Shown one piece after another: positions 51,724-61,798 of a stretch of 64,000 bases of DNA. This DNA is from Candidatus Moraniibacteriota bacterium (GTDB lineage: Bacteria; Patescibacteriota; Minisyncoccia; Moranbacterales; UBA1568), in assembly GCA_963778555.1 (NCBI GenBank), contig CAVZUR010000003.1:117704-181703 (forward strand). The letters are read 5' to 3'. How positions within the stretch are numbered: the stretch's first letter is position 1; every line of letters begins with the position of its first letter. Both the position numbers and the translations under genes were made by a program. Below the pieces are notes generated by a model that had not been told where the DNA came from, searched no databases, and worked only from the letters and a program-made list of their open reading frames with translations.

Positions 51724-53136
51724 CTATTTCTTGCTGACGTCTACGAGAAAGGTACCGAGATTGCGTCGACCGATTATAGCCTGATACTGGAGTGATGATC
51801 GGTCCACGACGGTCGGGCTGGCCGAGATTATTTGGCTATCCATGATGATTGTCAAACCAATCTTCGGACGCATGCTCACGCCGTTTGAGGCAAAAACAAA
51901 AACGATGTCAGCGAGGTCGGGCAGATCTGAGCGAAGATATTTTTTCTTAAGCTCGTCCCGAAGGCGGTCACCTTCTTCCTGCGAGGCGGGGAGGATTGTT
52001 TCGATACCATCAAAATATTCCAGGACTTCGCTGAAGCCGAGTTCTTCAGCAAGCTCGCGGTCGATTGAACTGGAATCGGCGCCAGTATCAATCTTCGCCT
52101 CAACCTCTATTTCTTTCCCGTCCTTACCGACAAACTTCACTTTTTCAATTGTCCCGATGACGCGCTTGCCCGAGAGGCTCTCGATATTTTCTTCAATCTC
52201 GCCGCCGAAGAGATTCATGCCGACCCGGACGCCGTGGTCGACGCTTTTTATCTTAACTCCTTTCACTCGTTCGAGCCGCTCCCGTAACCCTGCCATATTG
52301 GCGAGCTGGATGGAAAGTCCGGGCCGAGCGTTCAGTTCCAGGATAACGGGCCCCTCGTCGCGGTCGATCGCGATGTCTGCGCCGAGAAAACCAAGGCCTG
52401 AAACCTCCTGGGCTTTTACAGCCATCGTAAGAATGTCTTTCCAACGAGGGATCTTGATACCAGAGAGGAGGAGTCGAGTCTCTGGGACATACTCGATGAG
52501 GCGGCCTTTACCGACAATTGCGGTAGTTGTGGTGCCGTTGGCCATATCGATACCGACACCTATGGCTCCTTGGTGAAGATTGGCTTTGCCACCCGAGTCC
52601 TTGGTGGGAAGACGTAGCATCGCCATCACCGGCACGCGGTTGAAAATAATAATACGAATATCGGGAATTCCTTTCCAGGTATATGGCTTGAAGAGCTTCA
52701 AGAGTTTCAGGCGTTCCTCGAAGAAGGCAATGTCTGGCTTGTTGGAAAGCGAGTAGGTCCCATCCAAGATATTCTCGATGTGGCTTTTCAGGTCGGCGAT
52801 GGTAATGAGATTGCCGTCAGCCTTCACCCAGGCGTCGTCACGGCCTTTCTTTCGGGCATACACAACTACAATGCCTTCCCCACCGAAGCCGCGATTCGGT
52901 TTGAGCGCAAAACTCTCGGGGAGTGATTGCCAATTGAAATGTTCAAGCTCGACAGGCGTGCGGATTTTCGCAATGAGCTTCGAGACGGGAAGGCTATTTT
53001 TTTTCAGCGCGACTTTGCAGCGAAGCTTCTGGTCAGCGAGACGCCGTCCGCGGGCGTGATTGTAGGGCCGCACATAATCAAGATTTCGGGCGTTCATCCC
53101 GAGAAGAGTGCGGCTTTGCGCGAGCCAGGAAAGCAT
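51724..53136 (-). CDS. Alpha-L-glutamate ligase-like ATP-grasp fused to a RimK-associated retropepsin-like protease
   Basis: LGMNARN, GIPDIR, ANLHQGA and LELNARPGLSIQLAN; C-terminal KIDTGADSSSID..IIGRR. Confidence 0.88.
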   Translation of the reverse strand: MLSWLAQSRTLLGMNARNLDYVRPYNHARGRRLADQKLRCKVALKKNSLPVSKLIAKIRTPVELEHFNWQSLPESFALKPNRGFGGEGIVVVYARKKGRDDAWVKADGNLITIADLKSHIENILDGTYSLSNKPDIAFFEERLKLLKLFKPYTWKGIPDIRIIIFNRVPVMAMLRLPTKDSGGKANLHQGAIGVGIDMANGTTTTAIVGKGRLIEYVPETRLLLSGIKIPRWKDILTMAVKAQEVSGLGFLGADIAIDRDEGPVILELNARPGLSIQLANMAGLRERLERVKGVKIKSVDHGVRVGMNLFGGEIEENIESLSGKRVIGTIEKVKFVGKDGKEIEVEAKIDTGADSSSIDRELAEELGFSEVLEYFDGIETILPASQEEGDRLRDELKKKYLRSDLPDLADIVFVFASNGVSMRPKIGLTIIMDSQIISASPTVVDRSSLQYQAIIGRRNLGTFLVDVSKK

Positions 53137-53153
53137 AAGGAAGGAAGAAAGAA

Positions 53154-53813
53154 CTATGACTCCTGCTTCAGAATATGGCGGAAACGGAAGAGCTCCACCA
53201 AGCGGAGCCCTGACCACTTTCCGAGGCCAATATTGATGAGGAATGTCGCGAGTATTGCCCAGGGGTACTGGAGGAAGAATTCGCGGAGCGCGGGCCACCC
53301 GATGACAAAATAACCAATGATGGAGATAGCGAGTGTCTCACCAGCGAGAAACAGAGCCGTCTTCGTTCCCTGCTCGATCTGCGTTGCAATGAATTTTTCC
53401 GCGAGCGTGATGAGGATGAGTAAGGGGAAGATATCGACCGCAGCAAGACCAGTGCGCTTGAGTGAGGCTCCGAAAACGAGGATACCGAGCACAGTGATCG
53501 AAATGATCGAAAGCGTAATGGCAACGCGGGGGAGGTAGAGGAGTCGGAAGGAACGCAAGAGATACCGAGAAAGGATGCCCATCCCGATTACGGCGAAAAA
53601 GATAGCGATGCCATACTTCAACCCCTTCTCACCGAAGGCGAGAAACGCGAAGGTGATGATGGATGGTGTGTAGATGCCGAACGCCTTGATACCGACAATT
53701 TGCCGGAAGAAGGCGACGAGGGTCGCGATGACCGGCAGCATGAGGAGGAGATAGACAGTCTCCACGGGTACGCCAGCTCCCACGAAGTAATTGATGATCG
53801 GATGATAGCTCAT
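53154..53813 (-). CDS. 7TM membrane protein of the inactive-transglutaminase-associated family
   Basis: RQIVGIKAFGIYTP, FPLLILITLAE and GLRLVELFRF. Confidence 0.85.
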   Translation of the reverse strand: MSYHPIINYFVGAGVPVETVYLLLMLPVIATLVAFFRQIVGIKAFGIYTPSIITFAFLAFGEKGLKYGIAIFFAVIGMGILSRYLLRSFRLLYLPRVAITLSIISITVLGILVFGASLKRTGLAAVDIFPLLILITLAEKFIATQIEQGTKTALFLAGETLAISIIGYFVIGWPALREFFLQYPWAILATFLINIGLGKWSGLRLVELFRFRHILKQES

Positions 53814-53822
53814 ATACTCGTA

Positions 53823-54311
53823 TTATACTCTCCGTTTCGCGAAAGATGCATGGTGGATGTGGCAGAGTGCAATGGCGAGCGCGTCTGCGACGTCGTCGGG
53901 CTTCGGTATCGCTTTCAAATGAAGAATCTCTTTGGCCATGCGCTGGACCTGCTGCTTATCCGCCTTGCCGTAACCGGTGAGTGCTTGCTTCACTTGGAGC
54001 GGTGTGTAACCAGCGATACTAAGCCCAAAATCGGCTAATGTCAAGAGGAGCGCTCCCCGTGATTGAGCAACTGAGATGACCGTTTTCTGATTGTTGTAGA
54101 AAAAAAGGTCCTCAAGCGCGGCCTCATCCGGCGCATACTGCTGCACAATGTCTCGAATGTCGTCACGGATTTCCTGGAGTCGTTCGTGGAGTGCCAGTTC
54201 TTTTTTGGTCGAGATATGTCCATAGGCAATCGCCTCGGTATTTCCCTTTACGCTTTCCACAATCGCCCAGCCGACCGTCGCTGTGCCGGGATCAATGCCA
54301 AGGACACGCAT
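53823..54311 (-). CDS. ruvC: Holliday junction resolvase RuvC
   Basis: LGIDPG, VKQALTGYGKADK and DDVADALA. Confidence 0.97.
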   Translation of the reverse strand: MRVLGIDPGTATVGWAIVESVKGNTEAIAYGHISTKKELALHERLQEIRDDIRDIVQQYAPDEAALEDLFFYNNQKTVISVAQSRGALLLTLADFGLSIAGYTPLQVKQALTGYGKADKQQVQRMAKEILHLKAIPKPDDVADALAIALCHIHHASFAKRRV

Positions 54312-54321
54312 ATTTTGAAAC

Positions 54322-55038
54322 TTAAGAAAGATTGTCCCAGACGGTTTGGACATCTTGGTGATCCTCGAGCTCCTCGAGGAAGACATTAAAAGCTTTTTGA
54401 GTTTCAGAATCGAGGGTCATGGTCTGGGTCGGCTTCCAGCCGAGCTGCGCCGCGGTCGGAGTGAGCTTTTGCGTTTCGAAAAACGCCTGGACCGTTTGCA
54501 GATGGTCAACTTCGGTATAGACGGTGAAGAATTCATCACTCACGGCGTAATCGAGCGCGCCGGATTCGATCGCGAGCTCTTCCAGCTTCTCGGTCGGAGC
54601 GGAGGTTTTATTGAAGGCCAGTAGGCCGACACGTTGGAACATGAAAGATACCGATCCAGCATTGCCGAGCTTGCCGCCTTTCTTCGTGAACAGAGACCGG
54701 AGTTCACTGACTGTGCGGTTCCGATTATCAGTCGTGGTCTCGACGAGGACAGCGACTTGGCCCGGGCCAAAACCTTCATACATGATTGATTCGATTTTTT
54801 CACCAATGAGTTCGCCAGTGCCGCGCTTGATGGCGCGCTCGATCCGATCTTTGGGCATGTTGAGGGCTCGGGCTTCGGTGATAGCGATTTTCAGGAGATA
54901 GTTCGAATCCGGGTTGCCGCCGCCTCGCTCTGCCGCCAGGATGATGTTGCGTCCGGCCTTGGTGAAGATAGCCGCGCGCTTGGCGTCATTCACACCTTTC
55001 TGGCGATGGGTAGTGGCCCAATGGGAGTGTCCTGACAT
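54322..55038 (-). CDS. yebC: YebC/PmpR-family protein
   Basis: MSGHSHW, YEGFGPG and TDNRNRT. Confidence 0.96.
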   Translation of the reverse strand: MSGHSHWATTHRQKGVNDAKRAAIFTKAGRNIILAAERGGGNPDSNYLLKIAITEARALNMPKDRIERAIKRGTGELIGEKIESIMYEGFGPGQVAVLVETTTDNRNRTVSELRSLFTKKGGKLGNAGSVSFMFQRVGLLAFNKTSAPTEKLEELAIESGALDYAVSDEFFTVYTEVDHLQTVQAFFETQKLTPTAAQLGWKPTQTMTLDSETQKAFNVFLEELEDHQDVQTVWDNLS

Positions 55039-55144
55039 AATTTGAGAGGGTATGGATAAGGAATGATGAGCCATTCACTAGGGTGGCAAGAAAAACGGAG
55101 CCTCTGCTCCACTTCTTATCACATCTGGTTGGAAAATGGAACGT

Positions 55145-55738
55145 TTATGCCGTCTGGACAGGGGTACCCTTCCGAGAAGCTTGAACCACTCGGTCGATTT
55201 CCTCGTCTCGCTCGGTCCGAAGCCGCTCCATAATGACGTCCTTCACGTGATACGGATCAGGCACGCGACGGAAGAGAAAGAGATCTTCTTCGGAAGCCGT
55301 CTGGACCTTTACGTCCCCAAAATTGAGAATAGTTGGAATCATGCCATGCACTTCCGAAGTCACATCCTGGATGCGTGAAAATTTCAGCTCGCTCACCGAG
55401 CGGACAAAGAGGCCCTTTTGTTCGATATTTATGACGCGTTCGCTGGTGATGATCCAAACGTCGAAGAAATAATCGATCCACACGAGAAACGCATAGAGCC
55501 ACAGAAGGAGCATGATTGAGTTTTGGATGAAGAGCGCGAAACGTCCCACCTCAGCTCCGAGCCAATTCGGATACATGAGCGGCAACAGAGCGAGGCTGCC
55601 GAACAGGAGCCCCAGGAAGAGAACAATGATGATGAAATGGGTGAGGATATCGAACCAGTGGCGGTGAATGACGCGCAGAATCTCCTCGCTTTCGCGCTGT
55701 CCCTGGAAATGGTAGCGGCTGAAGTCGTGGCTGATCAT
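55145..55738 (-). CDS. Membrane protein with bacterial PH domain
   Basis: Two TMs, then WIITSERVI..IQDV..NFGDVKVQTA. Confidence 0.8.
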   Translation of the reverse strand: MISHDFSRYHFQGQRESEEILRVIHRHWFDILTHFIIIVLFLGLLFGSLALLPLMYPNWLGAEVGRFALFIQNSIMLLLWLYAFLVWIDYFFDVWIITSERVINIEQKGLFVRSVSELKFSRIQDVTSEVHGMIPTILNFGDVKVQTASEEDLFLFRRVPDPYHVKDVIMERLRTERDEEIDRVVQASRKGTPVQTA

Positions 55739-55741
55739 AAC

Positions 55742-55963
55742 CTAGAAATTCGTTGGGATCAGGAGCGTATCGAGCGGGAGGCTGAGAAAAAGCAGGCTAT
55801 TTGACCAGAGCAGCACCGCCGTCACGACAACGAACAAACCGGTTATACCGACGGCGAGCTGGCGATTCAGTGAGTAGCGCGAGAGGTGGAACATGATGAA
55901 CAGGCTTGCGATAACGACGCAGAAAAAGAATATGAGGTACGCGATGCCGAACAAAAGATGCAT
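55742..55963 (-). CDS. Small two-TM membrane protein
   Basis: Hydrophobic 73-aa ORF with FHL..Y; own -10 element upstream. Confidence 0.7.
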   Translation of the reverse strand: MHLLFGIAYLIFFFCVVIASLFIMFHLSRYSLNRQLAVGITGLFVVVTAVLLWSNSLLFLSLPLDTLLIPTNF

Positions 55964-56030
55964 GTGTTTGTTTTCTCTAGTATATCACCACACCAAAGTT
56001 TTTGGTGTGGTGATATAGCGTTGCGCGAAC

Positions 56031-57071
56031 TTAGAGAAGCTTTTCTTCGATGCCGAAGGGTGGTTCGAGACCGAGATGGCGATAGCCTTCGGGCGTGACG
56101 ATGCGGCCGCGCGGTGTCCGACCAAGAAAACCAATCTGGATGAGGTAGGGTTCGATGACGTCTTCGATCGTGTGCATCTCTTCGCTCGTGACAGCGGAGA
56201 TTGCCTGCAGTCCGGCCGGCCCGCCTTTGAATTTATCGACGATGGCCTGAAGGACAGCCCGATCGGCCGGCTCGAGGCCGAGCTTGTCGATCTCAAACAG
56301 CGCCAAGGCCTCGCTGGCCACGGTGGCGGTGATGAGGCCGCCATGATGGACCTCGGCATAGTCACGCACGCGCTTCAGGATGCGATTCGCGACGCGCGGT
56401 GTGCGGCGACTCGCCCCGGCGATTTCTTTCGCTCCAAGCGTATCGAGCTGCACGCCGAGAATGCCGGCCGAGCGCTGAACGATCTCCTCAATTTCTTCGG
56501 CATTATAAAATTCTAGCCGGTGGATGGAGCCGAAGCGGTTGCGGAGCGGATTGGTGAGGGCGCCAAGCCGGGTGGTCGCGCCGATGAGGGTAAAGCGGGG
56601 GAGGTCGAGTTGGATGGTCCGGGCGGCCGGGCCTTTGCCGATGATGATATCGAGCTTGTAGTCCTCCATCGCCGGATAGAGTACTTCTTCGATAGATTTG
56701 TTCAGGCGATGGATCTCATCGATGAAGAAGACATCGCCGGGTTCAAGATTCGTCAGAATGCTGCCGAGGTCGCCGACACGTTCGATGGCTGGTCCGGAAG
56801 TCACCTTTATCCCCGCGCCCATTTCACGGGCGATGATATGCGCCAGTGTCGTCTTGCCGAGACCAGCCGGTCCGTAGAGGAGGACATGATCAATCGCCTC
56901 GCCACGTTGTTTAGCGGCTTGGATGAAAATTTCTAGATTCCTTTTCGTTTTTTCCTGGCCGATGTATTCACTGAATCCGCGGGGTCGGAGCGTGTTCTCG
57001 ATGACAACATCTTCTTCGGTGTGTTCGGTTGTGTTCAACATAGTCGGTTGATTTTGGCTTGAAAAAGCCAC
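56031..57071 (-). CDS. ruvB: Holliday junction helicase RuvB
   Basis: [18 protein letters not shown] and TPRGR; start may be 57041. Confidence 0.98.
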   Translation of the reverse strand: MAFSSQNQPTMLNTTEHTEEDVVIENTLRPRGFSEYIGQEKTKRNLEIFIQAAKQRGEAIDHVLLYGPAGLGKTTLAHIIAREMGAGIKVTSGPAIERVGDLGSILTNLEPGDVFFIDEIHRLNKSIEEVLYPAMEDYKLDIIIGKGPAARTIQLDLPRFTLIGATTRLGALTNPLRNRFGSIHRLEFYNAEEIEEIVQRSAGILGVQLDTLGAKEIAGASRRTPRVANRILKRVRDYAEVHHGGLITATVASEALALFEIDKLGLEPADRAVLQAIVDKFKGGPAGLQAISAVTSEEMHTIEDVIEPYLIQIGFLGRTPRGRIVTPEGYRHLGLEPPFGIEEKLL

Positions 57072-57206
57072 AGCAAACCATTTTCAGTACTGCCATTCTA
57101 CCACTCCTTGACCGGGTTACAAATAATATGGCCTGAACGGGATCGGTTGTTCATTGCGTCCTACCCAGAATCGACTATAAGAGCCCAAATAAAGGATATT
57201 TCCGAC

Positions 57207-57235
57207 TTGACAAGACTTTTATCCTATGCTATCCT
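57207..57235 (+). promoter_or_regulatory. Sigma70-type promoter
   Basis: TTGACA-17 bp-(TGc)TATCCT. Confidence 0.7.
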
Positions 57236-57314
57236 GCTCCTTCAAAGAAAAACAAATAAACACACATTTCGGCCTTCCAGCAGCGCCGTTTTTTGTTGTC
57301 CTCGCGTCCTTTTG

Positions 57315-57491
57315 AAAATCCTCACATGTAGACAACTAGAGAGAGCTATCTTTTCTCTCTAGCTTAGGAGGGGTCTAGCTTCGGCTACAGTCAAGATCGG
57401 GTAAGGTGGTTCCGGCTGCGTTACACCTCGACACCAATCCATTCCCCGGGCTCCCATGCCCAGGGCCTTGTCTACAGGTGAGGATTTTTTT
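57315..57491 (+). ncRNA. Candidate structured RNA (unclassified)
   Basis: 20/21-bp closing stem (57315-57335 with 57468-57488), internal hairpins including C(UUCG)G, followed by a U-tract. Confidence 0.55.
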
Positions 57492-57563
57492 ATTAGAAAA
57501 TTTTCTTTCACAACTCCCATCAGACGATGGCCGAATGTTCCCCGGTAGCGGAGCGAGGAGAGA

Positions 57564-57950
57564 ATGATGATTGTACGGGATTCTTTCTTCCGAGTGTTAC
57601 TTGGGGCAATTACGTTGGGGTGGACAGAGCGGCGACGGTATCGCCGACATTTTCCGACACATCTCGACGTCTTGAAGTACCTCCATCCCTTCCTTCCGAT
57701 GGAGCCCATAATATGCATGAGCCTGGCAATGTCACAAAAGGGTCAGGAGCTATCATGGGGCGACTTTGAGCGAGACTTGCAGCAGCTGCTGCATGAAGGC
57801 TTGATCACCAGCGCGGCGAGCGAACTGTCTACCGAAGCGGTAACGCTCGAAGCGTACATACTTACACCGGCCGGCCTTGCAAAACTCATCGAGCGCGGAG
57901 AAACCAGCGTGGCGCTCACTCTGCTCAAGATGCCACTGCCCGACGATTGA
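57564..57950 (+). CDS. Hypothetical winged-helix-like protein
   Basis: LQQLLHEGLI...YILTPAG; RBS GAGGAG; downstream terminator. Confidence 0.55.
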   Translation: MMIVRDSFFRVLLGAITLGWTERRRYRRHFPTHLDVLKYLHPFLPMEPIICMSLAMSQKGQELSWGDFERDLQQLLHEGLITSAASELSTEAVTLEAYILTPAGLAKLIERGETSVALTLLKMPLPDD

Positions 57951-57977
57951 CCACTGAACTTGATTGCTCATTGCAAC

Positions 57978-58011
57978 AAAGCCCGGTAGGTATAACTACC
58001 CGCCGGGCTTT
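57978..58011. terminator. Bidirectional terminator
   Basis: AAAGCCCGG...CCGGGCTTT between convergent genes. Confidence 0.75.
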
Positions 58012-58033
58012 GAAATTTTTATACCCAACCATC

Positions 58034-59912
58034 CTAGACCCCTCTATTGTTCGGGAGGTGTTTCGGATGTGGTTTTACTCGGCGTTTTAGCTTCTTCTGT
58101 CGAGGCAGTTTCAGCTGAGGGGGTTCGGATGTATCTGCAAGCTCAGCCCTGTTGGCTTCTCCTGTCGCATCGTTATCGAGTGCCTTATCATCAAAGGTCG
58201 CATAAAACTCCCGGAGCGAATCGTCTTTTCCTGAAGCGGACCAGACCTCGTCCATAGTGGTGTAAGCCCTGGAGGACCTTGATCAGTCCGTCTTGCGCCA
58301 TCGTCACCATTCCACCTTTGACCGCTGTGTCGAAAATTTCCCGTTCCGTTGCCATATCCGCGATGAGGTCACGGATCTCTTGCGTCATCGAGAGCACTTC
58401 GAAGATACCTTTACGTCCGTAGTAGCCGGAGAAATTACAGTCGACGCAGCCTTTGGGCCGGTACAGCACTTCAATGGTTGAAAATTGCTTTATTTTGGAC
58501 TGGGCGGGAATTTGAGCGAGCAATTTTTCGATCGCCGCGATCGTGCTCATCGCTGGCACATAGGATTCTTTGCACTTTTCGCAGAGAATACGCACCAGCC
58601 GCTGCGCAATAATGATATTCAAGGCGGAAGCGATGAGCGATGGTTTTACACCGAGTTCCAACAAACGGGCCACGGTCGCGGCGGCATTGTTTGTGTGAAG
58701 TGTGGAAAGGACGAGGTGACCAGTGAGCGAGGCGGAGACGGCAACATCTGCTGTCTCGTCGTCTCGGATTTCGCCGACAAGGACGACATCCGGGTCCTGG
58801 CGGACGATAGCGCGGAGCGCGGCTGCAAAGGTGTAGTCGCGATCTTTCGAAACTTCGGTCTGGACGATGCCAGCGATATTGTATTCAATCGGGTCCTCGA
58901 CGGTGATGATCTTAATGGAGGGATTGTTAATCTTGTTGATGATGGAATAGAGCGTAGTTGTTTTTCCGGATCCCGTCGGACCGGTGTTGAGGATCATGCC
59001 GTTCGGTTTCTCGATCGCTTTCTGCACCTCTTCGAAGGCCCGACCGTAAATCCCGAGATTATTCATATCAACATTCACGTCTTCACTATTGAGGAGGCGC
59101 ATATTGATGTTCTCACCATGATTGCCCGGAATGAGCGAGATGCGGATATCAATCCGGTTCTCTCCGTTCACGATGGAGAAATGCCCGTCCTGTGCCCGGT
59201 CGCGCACATTGATGCGCATTCCGCCGAGCATCTTGATGCGCGAGAGCGCAAGCTGGTACATGTGATGCGGCAAGTCTCCGATGTCCTGGAGGAGACCGTC
59301 GATACGGTACCGGAGGCGAGCAGTCTTTTCGCCTGGTTCGATATGGACATCGCTGCCGCGCATTTTCGACGCGCCGGCGAGGATGATCTCGATGATCTGG
59401 GACGTCGAGACAGCGGAGCTATCTTTGCCGAGCGCAAGGAGGTCTCCGAAGTTTTTTTCAAAGTGCTCAAGATCATCACCTTTAAGGGTAACGCGGAGAA
59501 TGTCGAGGCTTTCGAGGAGCGGCTTATTGGAATAGCTCGACCAGACCTTTTCGAGCGATTGGCGCGACACGACGGAGAGGGTCATGCGCCAACCGTTCTC
59601 ATTCGAGATCTTTTGGAAGTATTCGAGTACGGCTGGATCCTCCGGATTCTCGAGGCCGACATAGACATGACTTCCATTTTTTCGAAATAGGGCCGCACCG
59701 AGCCGCTCGGCCTCTGCTTTCGGCAGCAAAGCGACGTCCTTTGGATCGGCGGGAAACAGGTGGAGATCAAGATAGGGAAGACCGAGGCGTTCAGCGAGGG
59801 CATGGGTGCGGTCCTCCATCGATTGCGCGCGGAGCTTTTTCAGGACATCTGTCGCATGCTGCGTCTTTTCATTGGCCGCGACAGGAATGATGCGCTTGCT
59901 GACTTTCGGCAT
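58034..59912 (-). CDS. PilB/GspE-type pilus assembly ATPase, frameshift near 58265
   Basis: SDVHIEP, GPTGSGKTT, RQDPD..GEIRD, LSTLHTN and CxxC motifs; natural G-Y-T-T-M-D-E-V end continues in ORF 58034..58255. Confidence 0.93.
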
Positions 59913-60048
59913 AGGGGAGTGAAATGATGTTCTTTCCTCATCCTACCATTTTCCGGGCGAGACGGGCTATCACGAAAGGTGCAGCATCACACTGACATCC
60001 TAGGTATGACAAAAATACGGCGACGATAACACAGTGCTGACGTGTGCG

Positions 60049-61188
60049 CTATTTCCCCGTGGTCATGAGCCATTGCCGGACGACCTGCTCAGCGGTTTCG
60101 AAATTAGTCGCTGCCAGCGTTCCTTCGAGCAGGTCCCCGATGAGGCGGCTTTCAGGGAAAACGGAGAGCAGAAGTTCCAAACGGTCCTCCTGCTGGCTCT
60201 TGATGAGGACGCGCATTGCGACAGCACTTTCCTTGAAGAAGAGAGCGAAGATAGTGGCGCCGGCATAATTACTTCGGATCTTATCAAGCACGACGGGGAG
60301 GTCTTCACTTTTGGAGCGCGACTCGACGAGGTCCTCGAGGGTCACGGGCGCCCACATAAAGTGGAGGTCGTCATCCGAACGAATATTACTCATGATGCGA
60401 CCCCACAACTTCAGCGTGTGGAGCGGCTGCGTCTTGTAGAGATTCTTTACGATCTTCTGCTGATCGGCGCCATAGGCCATCAGAGTTGAGGCGAGGCGTA
60501 GCGTCTTCGGAGTAGTGTTCTTCTTTTGGAAGGAATCTGTGGCTGACATGATGCCCGTCAGGAGGGCTTCGGCGACTGCTTCATCGATGAACTCTTTCCC
60601 TACGGTTTCTATGAAATGTGCAGTGATCTCCGATGCCGACGAGGCCGTCACGTCGACGAGATTCAATTGGCCGAATTGCTCATTGTTTGAATGCCGGTCG
60701 ATATTGATTATTGGGACCTCGTAAAAAATGTCGGGATTCTGCTCATAGAGATGGCCGAGGCTCTCTTTATCCGGCACATCGACGGTGATGACGACATCGA
60801 ATTTATACTTGGCCAGGATGAAGGAAAAGTCACGCGGATCGATCGTGCCGCGCTCAGGGGTGAGGTGGATGCGCAGCTCGTTATCGTGCCGTTCGGTCCG
60901 GACGTTGAGGATGTTATTGTGTCCCGTGTTGAATGACAGAACGAAATCACGTGCGCCGGAAATCGCCGAGATCACCGTTTTGGGCCAACCGAGGAACGCC
61001 AAGTCTTCTCGTCGTTCTTCGATTCGTTCTGCCGCAAGCGTGGGCTCTTTTCCGAGAGCAGCAAGGAAGTGCGCAAGCGCGATGCCACTTGAAATCGCAT
61101 CACGGCTCGGTAAAGGAGGAAGCAAGATGAGTGGATGAGCGGCCGGTTTGAGGAGTTCGAGAAATTGAGCTTCTTTCGTGAGGGACAT
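60049..61188 (-). CDS. Degenerate DHH-family protein
   Basis: INIDRHSNN, ASSASE and LLTGIMSATDSF; canonical DxD and DHH motifs altered. Confidence 0.8.
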   Translation of the reverse strand: MSLTKEAQFLELLKPAAHPLILLPPLPSRDAISSGIALAHFLAALGKEPTLAAERIEERREDLAFLGWPKTVISAISGARDFVLSFNTGHNNILNVRTERHDNELRIHLTPERGTIDPRDFSFILAKYKFDVVITVDVPDKESLGHLYEQNPDIFYEVPIINIDRHSNNEQFGQLNLVDVTASSASEITAHFIETVGKEFIDEAVAEALLTGIMSATDSFQKKNTTPKTLRLASTLMAYGADQQKIVKNLYKTQPLHTLKLWGRIMSNIRSDDDLHFMWAPVTLEDLVESRSKSEDLPVVLDKIRSNYAGATIFALFFKESAVAMRVLIKSQQEDRLELLLSVFPESRLIGDLLEGTLAATNFETAEQVVRQWLMTTGK

Positions 61189-61336
61189 AATAGAGGGTAC
61201 TGGAGAAGTCCTCTACCGTAGCAGGATTCTTTCTGTGGGTCAAACCGTGTAACAGGGAGACAAACAGCGGTTTACTGGGCCGGGACAGGCCTCCCCAAAG
61301 TGCTAATTTTCCGCTAGAATAAAGGAAACTTTTCTC

Positions 61337-61783
61337 ATGGAAACCACCTATACCCGCTCCAAGGAAGCGACACGAGCGTTTGGAAAACATTTCGGGAACA
61401 CACTCACGCCGTTGTCGCTGGTGGCGCTGGAGGGCGAACTCGGGGCTGGGAAGACGACCCTCGTGCAAGGCATTCTTGAAGGTCTCGGGGCCGTACCGCC
61501 GTACCCTTCGCCAACGTTCGTCTTGATGAATCAGTATGAATTACCAGTGCCAACGGCGACTGGTATCCGGCGCGTCTATCATGTGGATGCGTATCGGGTC
61601 GGCTGGGAAGACTTTGAAAAGCTTGGATTCCTCGAATGGTGCGCTGATCCTGAAGGTGTCGTGCTCCTTGAGTGGCCGGAGCGACTCGGCGATTTCGTAC
61701 CGGCCTGGCGGACGAAGATTCAGTTGAAGCATGTTTCGGATTCGGAACGCTCGATTATAGTTTCAAACTTGGCAGCAGAATGA
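61337..61783 (+). CDS. tsaE: t6A biosynthesis ATPase TsaE
   Basis: GELGAGKT, SPTF, HVDAYR and LEWPE. Confidence 0.96.
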   Translation: METTYTRSKEATRAFGKHFGNTLTPLSLVALEGELGAGKTTLVQGILEGLGAVPPYPSPTFVLMNQYELPVPTATGIRRVYHVDAYRVGWEDFEKLGFLEWCADPEGVVLLEWPERLGDFVPAWRTKIQLKHVSDSERSIIVSNLAAE

Positions 61784-61798
61784 GCCACTGACAACCGT

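Noticed and set aside
58485-59690. Long antisense ORFs (also 26412..27197, 29962..30777, 36904..37650)
   Set aside because: They are shadows of real genes on the opposite strand and have no recognisable motifs.
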